A stretch of 63,575 nucleotides of DNA, the filler included, from Stramenopiles sp. TOSAG23-2 (Eukaryota): NCBI GenBank assembly GCA_900128395.1. It is 16 parts of 16 records of this genome, joined end to end, with 100 filler letters (N's around TTAATTAATTAA, not from the genome) between each part and the next. Parts side by side here need not be neighbours in the genome. Positions count along the whole stretch, not along the records: positions 8,004 to 11,902 come from LT651055.1; positions 12,003 to 15,900 come from LT651056.1; positions 16,001 to 19,894 come from LT651057.1; 13 more parts are not named here. One strand, given 5' to 3'. Both the position numbers and the translations under genes were made by a program. Within the stretch, counting starts at the first letter, position 1; each line of letters begins with the position of its first letter. This document shows positions 8,701 to 19,994 of this stretch, in pieces. The notes under the pieces were generated by a model, which saw only the letters and a program-made list of their open reading frames with translations, was not told the DNA's origin and made no database searches.

Positions 8701-11700
8701 TTCCCATCAAATTCTTTTTCCCATTTCATATATGCAGCACTTTTTTTTATGTCTACTGCGTTGGTATTATCATCTTCTTGGTCATTTGTATCATTTAACT
8801 CAATATTAATATCCTCTAAAGAATTAAACAGTGATTGCTTCGGTTGACCTAATTTGCTTATTGTACTTTCTTGAATATTATTTGTATTAATAAAAGCTTG
8901 TTTAACCTTCTTAACTTCAATTGACACTTCGGTTCCTGCCATCGGCTGCTTCTCTTCGTTAAGTTTTCTTCGTTTTGTTTTAGGTTGCCTCGTGGTATCA
9001 TTAGTATCTAAATCCATTTGATGATTTTCCGGGTTTTCAGTTAAATTACTATTTGATGTTGGTTTTTCAATTTTTGTCATTAATTTACTTTCCTTCTCAT
9101 AAAGCTTACTTCTGTTTGACTCTTCCACTTGACTTTTATCCTCCAGTACTGTATCTGTCCATATACTATGATAAAGTCCATATTGTACAGGCTTATCCAC
9201 GATGCCAACAAATAATTTTGCACGTGTAATAGCACGATATACAGATGCCTTTTTCTTATCAAGTAAAGCCTCTTCGTCATCATCTTTTATTGTTTCATCA
9301 AAACCAACAACAATTGCAGCATCGTATTCTAGACCATCTTGATTTGAAATTGTATCAACAACTATTTGTACTGAGGTATGTTGTAATTGTGGAAACATAC
9401 CAAACATTTTTTCTGCTTTGAAAAAATCGAAATTTATTTCAAGATTCATCTTGTCAATTTCATCTCGCAATTTCAACGTAAACTCATCTACAGGTAATGG
9501 AGGATGATTATCTGGTAATATAATCACAACACGGCCACGGCTTATTCGGAACCATCCATGATCTTTATTCTTTTTCGTTACAAAAGTGTCTTTAATATGT
9601 TCTAAAGCATCTATAGTTCTCATAATATATCGCATTATTGTATCATTATTATTATTATTGTCATCTTTGTCAGAATCAATAATTAAAAATGGTTCAATGG
9701 GACTTCCAAATTTCTGATTTTTGCATGATGGTTGTTCTTCATTTTTTCTAAATAAATGTGATAACAAGGTAATTGCTTGGGTTGAACGTACCACATCACG
9801 AAGTTCAATTAAAAAAACGACTTCACCACTTTCCAACGCATCGTTTATTGCGTTATTAATCTTAAGTATTGCAGATGGTCCCTGGTTATCATCAGAAAGT
9901 ATTACACGCTGTCTTGCGTCTTCAAAATGCCTTAATATTCGTCTCCATATCTTATCATTTTTACGAACAATATGATGGGCTTCATCAATTACGACTAAAT
10001 TATAATTTTGAACTGTCTCCTCCTTATCAATTTCAACAAATTTCAAATACGCATTACCTTGTTCATTTAGCTGAAGTATAGCTTTGTGTGGCTTTCCATT
10101 GGTCTTTCTTGTACAAAAATGTATACGATTTAAAATCGATTCTGGATCATGTTGTACTGCGTCATTATTATTATCATTCTCTTCTCCCTTGGTCTCACCA
10201 TCACCACGTTTACCTTTCCTACTTAACATACGTATTAATATCCATCTTGCAAAAAAATAAGCAAATCCATTTTGTGTGCATGCAAAAAGTATGTTTGCAT
10301 TTGGATTTTCTATTAACATTTTACATATAAAATGTAAACCTAAAAATGTTTTACCCGTACCAGCAAATCCTTTTATATGAACACATCCAATGTTACGTTT
10401 TGCATTTATTGCATTTTCGTATTTCTGGTATTTCCCTTCTTGTTCAATGGTTAAATCATCTTGTGCTAATAATTTTGCTTCACAAATTTTCCGAAGCTTA
10501 ATTATCATCTCAGATGGAATGTTTTCAACTGATATATCTTCAACTGATGTATTTTCAACTGATATATCTTCCAATTTCATTTTTTGTTTAATGCGCTCTA
10601 TCTCCATCCCATCATTTACGTTCAGAGCAGAAATAACTTTTACAAAGTTTTCTTCTTTCTCAATAAATTTGTAAAACAATGTTAAAAACGGTATACCATC
10701 CTTTGATGCTCTCAGTAAGCACAATTCTTGTACACACTCTTTGTATAATTCTTTGATTTTTTCATCGTTTTCTTTGAAAATTGGATCCCCGCCTTGATTT
10801 TCTTTTGTTAAATCAAAGACTTTATCACAAATTGTCAGATTCTTTTCTTTCCATAATCCGCGTTTTTTTACTTTTAAACTTACAGCTATTGTACTAAATT
10901 CAAAAGCATCTTTGGGTGGTTTCTGATTTACAAAAAGTTGATAATAAAAATTTTCACTTAAAATTGGTGCAGCAACAGATGAAACTTTTTTTTTAAAACC
11001 ATATGAATATAAACCACTTTGATCAATAAAATATTGAACAACGTTAGAATTGTCAGTAGCTGTTTCACATGCACTCATCGTAAACAACGTGATGCCACTT
11101 TTGAGTAACATGTTGACGAATAGTCTATAATCAATCCGTTCCAATGCCATGGGATTACTTTTAGTATCAATAAATGTAAGACCTAAAGGAACATCCCCTG
11201 TTGTAAATTTTCCATGACCAATAAAGTGCACAAATCTATACATATTTGTTTGTATTTTGTTTTTAAAATCATCTACTGTACCTTGAAATATTTCGGCATC
11301 AGTTATGTCTTTTATTTTCTTGGCTTCTGCCATGCTCTCTTTAAAATCTACAGCGGCAAAAATTATCCCCTTTTCACCATTATATGACATATTGGCAATA
11401 CGATGTTTCTTAATTTTACTGTTTTCTAATGCTTCAAGACGTGCCTCATGATTTTTAATATCCTTAACATTTTGTTGGACTTGATGCATTAATGTTTTAA
11501 TAGTTTCATTGATACTTTTACATTCGTTCCTAAATTCGGATATGTGTTTTTGTTGCTCTTCTGTGCATTTCAGAAATATATTTTGCTGTTCTTTCAATTC
11601 TTTTATACATTGAAGATTTAATGTATTTAAAGCATTATTGCTTACAATTAAATGTCTACGATTTTGCTTCCGATTCTTCATTTCCTCCTCGGAATTTATT

Positions 11701-11902
11701 CGACTACCATCATTAAATGTTACTAATGGTATTCCTATTTTTTGGCCCAATTTCCATAATTTATCTGCCATTGGTCCGGCATCCATATCACCACTTAACT
11801 TGCCATCCTCATCCAGCCATTCATAAATGTGTAATTCTAATTCCTCCGTCACTGATTTTAATATATTATTAGGACATGTTGAAATAATGTTTTTAAAATT
11901 TG
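8004..11902 (-). CDS. Multidomain protein, open at both contig ends: coiled coil, CHAT (caspase-like) protease, SF1 (Schlafen/UvrD-like) helicase, RI-like LRR array
   Basis: VHFIGHG and MSACET dyad motifs. GFAGTGKT, VVIDEAHH, DGLEYD and YRAITRA helicase motifs. At least 9 LRRs. The frame stays open upstream of the track's GTG to the contig edge. Confidence 0.85.
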
Positions 11903-12002
11903 NNNNNNNNNNNNNNNNNNNNNNNNNNNNNNNNNNNNNNNNNNNNTTAATTAATTAANNNNNNNNNNNNNNNNNNNNNNNNNNNNNNNNNNNNNNNNNN
12001 NN

Positions 12003-12569
12003 TCCTTGTTCTTTCACTATCATAATAATTATTGGAAATATCCTCTTCCTCTGCATCGTTATCGATTGAAACGCCAAACGGAGGTACAATTGAAACAAAG
12101 TGAATCTTGGAATGTTCCAAACAATTTCAACGGTTGGGAATTATATCGCGACAAATGTATTAAATTGAAACATTACATGCTTCGTAATCAATTACAAGAA
12201 TTACTACTAGATTTTGATGTTATACCGACATTATTAAGTAAACGTCAAGTAAATTCAGTGGCCGATACGGTAATGAACAATGATGCAGAGGAAGAGGATA
12301 TTTCCAATAATTATTATGATAGTGAAAGAACAAGGAGAGGAAGACCAAAAAACAACAAGAAAAAAATCAATGTAGCTGTGCAAAAAATTGAATTTCCAGA
12401 ATTTGTTGAAATAATTATTAGAATAGCAATTTTATCATTTCAAAGTGAAGGTTACAATCGTTTATATCCGAAGAAAGAAATGAAATTGGAAGCATTTATG
12501 AATGAATGGGGATTTGCAAATGTTAGTAAATTGCGCAATATTATTTCATATAAAGCAAGGATTAGATAA
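12003..12569 (+). CDS. C-terminal fragment of a protein with a degenerate EF-hand-like motif
   Basis: IEFPEFVEIIIRIA motif. 5' end truncated at the contig edge. Confidence 0.55.
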   Translation, partial: SLFFHYHNNYWKYPLPLHRYRLKRQTEVQLKQSESWNVPNNFNGWELYRDKCIKLKHYMLRNQLQELLLDFDVIPTLLSKRQVNSVADTVMNNDAEEEDISNNYYDSERTRRGRPKNNKKKINVAVQKIEFPEFVEIIIRIAILSFQSEGYNRLYPKKEMKLEAFMNEWGFANVSKLRNIISYKARIR

Positions 12570-12769
12570 AATAAGTTCAGAGAGTGGAAAGGTATCATGT
12601 GTTATTCTAATACCGTTATTTAAGAATAGAGTGTTGTGTAGTTAGTGAGTCTTCGTATACAATTTTTATATACACACAAACATACACACATACATATAGA
12701 ATACATCCTAAGAGACAATTTTTTAATTCGCGCGCGTTGTGTGTGTGTATTTCGTAACATTTCGTTTTT

Positions 12770-13216
12770 TTACAACGATGCATTATCGACATTCGAACTA
12801 CTACCCTCCTCCTCCTCCTCTTCTTCATGAATTAATACAATTTGTTTTTCTTTTAATTTTTCTAACATTTGCTCAATTGAACCAGAGCATGCTTTTAACT
12901 CTATATCATTTAAACCAACTGACAATTTTGAATCTCGACTTTCGACTATAACTACAGGATACTTCACATTTTCCGATTTAATAAAATCATTCACCTTATC
13001 ATTTACTTCATCCCGATGCCATTGTATAATTTTTGTTTTCATTTCACATTTTTGTTTTAAATTTTTCCACTCATCTTTTTCACCTTTACTAGTATGTGTT
13101 ATTGAACATGCAGAACACTCAATTAAACCTAAGGCATGACCTATGATATATTTTATTTCGCCAAAACGTGTGCCATCAGCATCGTATATTACAAACCTAC
13201 ATACATATATAGACAC
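12770..13216 (-). CDS. Small CxxC protein, possibly thioredoxin-like fold
   Basis: VIYDADG...CSACSITH...EKDEWK...YPVVIV, with a clean ATG and stop. Confidence 0.65.
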   Translation of the reverse strand: MSIYVCRFVIYDADGTRFGEIKYIIGHALGLIECSACSITHTSKGEKDEWKNLKQKCEMKTKIIQWHRDEVNDKVNDFIKSENVKYPVVIVESRDSKLSVGLNDIELKACSGSIEQMLEKLKEKQIVLIHEEEEEEEGSSSNVDNASL

Positions 13217-13913
13217 ATATATTGTGTATGTATTATAGTAATTGTTAGTTTATGTAGGGACATAATATATATATATCATTGTGCGTCTGTTACTTACATT
13301 GATTTTGGTGTAGAAGATGACATTTTATTATTATTTTCAATTTTACAATATTATACGTTTTCTAATATCTCCTCCTTTATATGTATAAAAATTATTCAAT
13401 ACTATTGATAAGAAACCACAACAAATGAAATCAAAACGATTACATATATATATATATATATATATACAATATGATGTTCTGGATGTATCTATCCATCCCT
13501 CCATACACTTATTACATCTGTTGATTAAGTTGTTTTACGGGCACGACAAGATCGATGTTCGATTAAGTGAAAATGTATCCATATACTAACAAGTACAAGA
13601 TATTGGTTTTATATTTTTTTTACCAAAATGGGGTTTCCTGTTGTGGGAAGTATCGTACCTGCCGGACCTGGTAAAAGAAAATAATATGAAAAATACTATG
13701 ACACACGGGTAAATAAAAAAGTAACACATTTGTTTTGTAAACACACACTCAATAATATGAACATGAACGCACATACCTAATTACACACAAGTCATGAGAT
13801 ACACATTCGTACATATATGATATATATATCGTCATATTTTATACTTTGTACGTATATATATATATACGTAAAAAAAATATTATTTAATATCATACGAGTA
13901 TTATATATTCGTA

Positions 13914-14145
13914 TCATATTGAATCCCCAACAGGACCATCTTGTTGTGGTATACTATCGTATTTTATATCAGGCCGTTCAATTACCATCCCATCAAAATA
14001 ATTCATATGTAAATATCCACTAGCAACACCTAATCCTAAACCAGTTAAATGACCTTCCCAACTAGTACGATCATCACCAGGAAAAATACCAAATAACATT
14101 CCACCATAAAGAAATACAACAACAATTGCAATTAAAAATTCATTG
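13914..14145 (-). CDS. C-terminal fragment of a rhomboid intramembrane serine protease
   Basis: LYGGMLFGIFP...SWEGHLTGLGLG (TM6 catalytic His). The 5' part is replaced by the antisense of the Ctf4 fragment. Confidence 0.75.
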
Positions 14146-15900
14146 ATTGCTGCTGAAGCATCTTCCGATGATGACGATGATGATATAGTAGATTTTGATT
14201 TATCGAAAATTACTGAAAAGTATAACAATCCTGCACCACCACCAGTTGTTGATAATAGTATGTATGAAGATGATGAAAGCAAAGAATTTGAACCACAAGT
14301 TTTGTACGCTCCTGAAACTAGTTTACAAAATGCATTTCAATCTGGTGAAACATCAAGGGATGAAAAACATCGTTTCATGGTATGGAATTTATATGGTTCG
14401 ATCGTAGTACGAACTGAAGAATCGTACAGCACTATTGAGATTGAATTTAGTAATCATTCCAAACGTGGGCAGAAATTTCCAGATTATACTGGTTTGGAAA
14501 TGGCTGATTTAAATGAACAAGGTGCCGTATTTGCAAGTCGATTGAGCGAGGAGCAAATGTTAGATGAGAAAACGAATATTGGTTCAACTATCAAATATTT
14601 ACCATTTAATTCATGGACGCATACATCAGAGTTAACGTTCAATTTACCAGCACGAGAATCTGCAGTTGCAGTCGCAGTGAATGACACATGCTTTGCAGTT
14701 GGAACGTCTACAAATTATTTACGCGTTTTTAACCGTAGTGGCACTCAATTTTTACCATTACTTTTGCCTGGAAAAGTTGTTACCATGGCAGCTAAAGGAT
14801 CCCTTTTAGCAGTAGTATACCACGAAGCATCTCCATTTACTCCATCACAAGGTGCGTCTCAAACGCTTGGATTTGCATTGTACAATACAAATTGTAATCA
14901 AGCAAGATGTTGCACGGGCTTATTAGTGAAAGAAATTGCATCAGGGCGATTACCATTGACACCAAATATGCCAAATGATGAAGATTTAGTAGAATTGTTT
15001 TGGCTTGGATTCAGTGATTCTGGCATGTTGATGGCGTATGATACAAATGGTGTTTTATTATCGCTTTCCCCAGCCGATTATAAACATTGGATACCATTGT
15101 TAGATACGAGGCAATACAATAAATCCTCAACGGAATTTCATTGGCCTGTTGGAATATCACCAAATCGTTTTCATTTTGTAAAATGTGCTGGGCCAACCCG
15201 TGAGAAGCGTTATCCACGTACAAGACCGAAGCCAATGATGAGCGTACATGATTTTGCCGTATCAACCGTCCATATGACAGGAGCAGATCCAAAAATTGAA
15301 CAGAAACTAATGAACAAAGCCATTGAATATGCATCCAATGTCGCGTTAGTAGAAGCTGGTATTATCAATAGGAGTGACGATAAGAAGTATGGTCAATTTC
15401 AACTTGATCTGGATAAATTTATATTGAAAATGATTAACATAGCATCAAAAGAAGATTTACATGAACGTGTTATTGATCTTGCGAATCGATTGCAGACACC
15501 AAAAATTTTCGATATTGCAATTAAAATATGCCGCAAAAATAGGCAAGATACATTAGTAGAAAAAATATACAATATTCAACAACAGAGAATCAATGAGAAA
15601 TACCATGAACAGCAACAGATGTTAGCGACGACGACGGTGCAACCACAACAGTATCAACCACAACAACAATATGCAGAAGAAGTATCATCGTATGACGATA
15701 GTAGTAGTAGTAGCAACGACAATAACGTAACACCATTGCCAGTTGAGGAAACGAAATCAACAATGGCAAAAACTAGCAGCGATAGCCCACCATTAATGCA
15801 GAATAGATTTCAATTAGCAGCAGAGAAACGTACGGTGAAATCAAATAAACGTACTATTACAGGCAAAAATAAAAATAGTGGCGGACACAACGCTGCAAAA
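14143..15900 (+). CDS. CTF4: Ctf4/AND-1/Mcl1 replisome hub protein (SepB region, partial)
   Basis: FQSGET...RFMVWNLYGSI...IEIEF, WLGFSDSG, WIPLLD, HWPVG and a helical C-terminal bundle. N-terminal WD40 domain missing. Confidence 0.85.
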
Positions 15901-16420
15901 NNNNNNNNNNNNNNNNNNNNNNNNNNNNNNNNNNNNNNNNNNNNTTAATTAATTAANNNNNNNNNNNNNNNNNNNNNNNNNNNNNNNNNNNNNNNNNNNN
16001 AATATATATATATGTTTCTCTCTGTATCTGTCTGTAAATGTAATACACGAACTTGTTATAATTAAAATAAATGTAAAAAAATATATCTTTTTTTCAGATA
16101 AGACAGAGATTATAGTGTGTGTGGATGCCTCGGCTATAGTGTGAGCGTAGCATTGTGATTCATAATTAGCATGGACACAACATTAAAATTAAAAATGTGG
16201 TGAATTCCTTAAAAGCACTTTAACTTCTCTTGTAATTGTATTGCTATGCGGTGAATAGCATTGTTATAGGCATTTATCCAAAAAATTTGAGGATACTGTA
16301 AGGATAAAAAAAAGATTTTGATTTGGAAGGTAAAAACTGTAAAGGACGCATATGCTTGCCTGGCTTGTTAGACGACTACAAAAAAATCTTATACGTTTTA
16401 AACCAACTCGGCATTATGAT

Positions 16421-16543
16421 TTACCAATTTTTCATTTGTTTGTTTCGATTGATATAAATATCCCCACGCTCACATTACTTAATTTTTAATTTTCTGCAGG
16501 TTTGTTGGCATTGATTCACAAGTACATTATACATCAATGGACT
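16421..16543. repeat. Rearranged partial duplicates of the 3' end of the gene at 16544-17266
   Basis: 16486-16543 equals 16576-16633. 16421-16453 resembles 16544-16576. Confidence 0.8.
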
Positions 16544-17266
16544 TTACCAATCTCCCATTTGTTTGTTTCGATTGATTAATTTTCTGCAGGTTTGTTGGCA
16601 TTGATTCACAAGTACATTATACATCAATGGACTCAAGCGCTTATTTATAGCTGCGGTGCAACTTGAATAGCAACTATTGCTGTTGCTGCCAATTTCCTCA
16701 TCATCTTCATCTGCAATTAGGTATCGTCTGTGCCACGTTCTTCCAATTTGGTTCTGTCTGTAACCTGTGTTGTAAAAATCGACACTGTCTCTTCGTTCTT
16801 TTTGTTGCTGCCTCTTTTCCCTTTGCTGTTGTCTCACGCTTTTGTGAAACTCTCTTTCTTCATTAATTACGACAGTTAAAGGGTTTCCTTTACCCTTTGC
16901 ATGCGTGCATGACTTTTGACCCATACTTGCACATGAAGTTCCTGCTTTCCACCAAAATGCTAAGCGTAATTTTGTTGGATCTGAATACCACGGGCTGTAA
17001 CAACAAACTGGAAATCCTTTGGAAGCGCATCTACCTGAAGCTTGCCCGTCACAATCGTACCAACTACGTATTGATTCAGTATAGACAGCATCCTCGTGAC
17101 AGTAATTGCATTGTTCCCCTAGGTTTGTTTTATGGCAATAGCCTGGAATATTCTGTTTTAGCGTGTGACAAATTCTGTTGTGTGCAGGTTTTTGGGCAAC
17201 AGCTAGATTCCCATGAAGCATAAAAACCAAACCACATAAACAAAGCACTAAGGTTGTAGATCTCAT
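16544..17266 (-). CDS. Secreted cysteine-rich protein, 240 aa
   Basis: Signal peptide MRSTTLVLCLCGLVFMLHGNLAVA, many Cys, and a basic/Q-rich linker. Confidence 0.75.
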   Translation of the reverse strand: MRSTTLVLCLCGLVFMLHGNLAVAQKPAHNRICHTLKQNIPGYCHKTNLGEQCNYCHEDAVYTESIRSWYDCDGQASGRCASKGFPVCCYSPWYSDPTKLRLAFWWKAGTSCASMGQKSCTHAKGKGNPLTVVINEEREFHKSVRQQQREKRQQQKERRDSVDFYNTGYRQNQIGRTWHRRYLIADEDDEEIGSNSNSCYSSCTAAINKRLSPLMYNVLVNQCQQTCRKLINRNKQMGDW

Positions 17267-17792
17267 AGTTTCTTTTTTCTTGTTTGTAATTGTATATACT
17301 CTTCTTAAATTTTCTTTTATATATATATATATATAGATATATTCTTGTTAAATGTTGTTTTCTTCTTCTATCTTTTTTTGTCCCTTCTTTGATCTCTGTC
17401 TGTATGTCGTATCTACTCTATATTAATATATTTAATTTCATTAATTACGAGATATACAGCGTATAGCAATCTAAATCGCCATTAGCAATTAGCAATCGCT
17501 TTATTAGTATAGCCACAGTATTGCTTTAGACGACTAGCTTATATTCGAGGTTACGTACGTATATTACGAGTGATTTTACTTTATTTATTTATTTATTTTT
17601 GCGGGAATTCAAAATAGAAACTATATAAAAATGGGAAATATGGTATTAAATAATAATATTATAAGACGTCTGAAAGTATATTATTATAAATATAATTAAG
17701 ATATACACATACATTATATAACATATAAATATATATACCAAACATAATGTCAAAGTGACAAAGAAATAAAGCAAATATCATCAATACAATAA

Positions 17793-19238
17793 ATGATTAA
17801 AAAACGTAACAACAAAATGAACAATTCATGGAAACAGTATTATAATCAATATCTTTCACATATCGTAAAAGTAGATGATGAAAACGATAGGAACAATATT
17901 AATCAATGGCTTGTTATGCTATTAAATGTAATTAAAAATGATCAAAATGTAATAAATGAAATATATCAAATTGAAAATATAGTTTCTAAATTAATATTAA
18001 TAACTACTTCATGTCTTGATCAAGATATATTGCCTGTAACAATCGTAACGAATGTATATAATATATATAAAATCATGCTACGAAAACATGAAAGCAATAA
18101 TAGTAATAATGCACTTTATACTGAACAATTTGTAAAGTTGGCAATAACTATATTAAATCAATTATTTTCAAAGAATTTTACAAATGATAATATTGATACT
18201 TGCAAAATTGCAATAATTTCATCCATTAATAATTCATTAATATCGTATCAAAATATTAGTTTACAAGATGAGAAGCATTATGTTTGTACAAACAATTTCA
18301 CACTTATTCATACTTTATTGAATACGATGAAATATAAAGCATCTGCGAAATATTTAACTATTCTATCTAATATTATTTATAGATGTACTGCATTAAATAA
18401 ACAATGTTTTCAAATATTATATGATGATATCATTTTAATTATTGTACCAACACTTGCTTCATCGTTATATTTATTGAAACATGCACAACAACAACAAGAG
18501 GATGGAATTATTCCAAAAGATTGTGTAGATTTAATGCTTGCAGTATTAAGAATAGTTTCTTTATATGGTCCAAGTTTTTTAAAAAATCAGAATAATAATA
18601 TGGATGAACAAACGATGAAATTAATATCATCAACTGGGATCATATTATTAAATATATTATCATTAAAATTTGATTTATTTCATACAATTTATCCATTAAA
18701 ATTAAGTGTGATTCGAATATTAATTGATGTACCGGAAACATATTTAATATTTATAATAATGAAAAACGGTTTAAAAGATATTCTTAATATGTTAAACATG
18801 GAAAGTGAAAAAATAATGATTGATAATATTAAAGATAATAATATTGTTACAAACAATTTTGTACCGATTTTACTTGTTGTAATACGTATATTGAAAATAA
18901 AGAAATTTAATAATGATGCATTTAATATGGTGAAGACGTTTATTTTTCCAAATAACTTACCACAAGACAAAGATATTGCAACAACAAATGGTAAAAGAAA
19001 TATGGAACCAATTGATGCACCAAACTTTACATTACGTAGGTATTTAATAAATATGTTGTTGGAATTTTCATCTAGTACAAATGTAATCATACCATTAGGT
19101 GATTTATTGTACATTTTATGTAAACAAGATGGTGACGAATTAATCAAACGATGTGGTTTAGGATATAGTGCCGGTATCTTACAACGTCAAGGTGCATTAG
19201 GACAATTTATGAAAGGTGTTCCATCTAATTTTGGGTAA
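17793..19238 (+). CDS. Ric-8/synembryn-like G-alpha chaperone/GEF
   Basis: Helical ARM-like body. C-terminal LRRYLINML...LLYILCKQDGDELIKRCGLGYSAGILQRQG matches the Ric-8 LFxLC...GxGxAAGLL motif. Confidence 0.7.
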   Translation: MIKKRNNKMNNSWKQYYNQYLSHIVKVDDENDRNNINQWLVMLLNVIKNDQNVINEIYQIENIVSKLILITTSCLDQDILPVTIVTNVYNIYKIMLRKHESNNSNNALYTEQFVKLAITILNQLFSKNFTNDNIDTCKIAIISSINNSLISYQNISLQDEKHYVCTNNFTLIHTLLNTMKYKASAKYLTILSNIIYRCTALNKQCFQILYDDIILIIVPTLASSLYLLKHAQQQQEDGIIPKDCVDLMLAVLRIVSLYGPSFLKNQNNNMDEQTMKLISSTGIILLNILSLKFDLFHTIYPLKLSVIRILIDVPETYLIFIIMKNGLKDILNMLNMESEKIMIDNIKDNNIVTNNFVPILLVVIRILKIKKFNNDAFNMVKTFIFPNNLPQDKDIATTNGKRNMEPIDAPNFTLRRYLINMLLEFSSSTNVIIPLGDLLYILCKQDGDELIKRCGLGYSAGILQRQGALGQFMKGVPSNFG

Positions 19239-19994
19239 AAGACGGGAAATATAGAGTGTACAATCGAGGTTCTACTTCCTATACAAATATAAAAGATGAT
19301 AACAAAAGAAAAGTTGGTTTTACTGACGAATGTACTTGATCTGTATACAATATGTATAAAAAAGTTATAAAATTAAAAGTTTAACAAGCCAGCAAGTATT
19401 GTATGATGAGTATAAGTATATTAATATTTAGTAAAAAGCAGCTTATTATTGAAATTATATAGCTTAACAACAACTTCTTCTATAAATCTACCGTTCATTT
19501 TTGGATTTTTGGATAATTTAATGCTTTGTTCTAAAAATAACAATTGTAATGCTATTTCCGTATTAAATATTATTTTTCAGAACTACTCAGCATAACCTCT
19601 GTTCTGTTAATTTAAATTCCTTAGAGCCAATAGTGACGTATAATATATTGTACAACTGTACTGTACTGTATATTGTGCTATTGTATATATAAATGTAGTA
19701 AAAATATAATACAGAAGAAGTAAATGCATTAACAACCATTTCTTCATCAAATATTATTATTGTACCGTGGATGTAGAATAAATTTTCTATTCTTTTTTAT
19801 TTATTTTTTAAAAAAAGGTAATAGAATTCCATAATGAATAATTTAATCATAATAATATACGTCATCGTAATAGCTTTTTATTCTGGGAATAAACNNNNNN
19901 NNNNNNNNNNNNNNNNNNNNNNNNNNNNNNNNNNNNNNTTAATTAATTAANNNNNNNNNNNNNNNNNNNNNNNNNNNNNNNNNNNNNNNNNNNN

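Noticed and set aside
8077-8847. 256-aa hydrophobic ORF on the + strand
   Set aside because: Antisense shadow of the LRR array.
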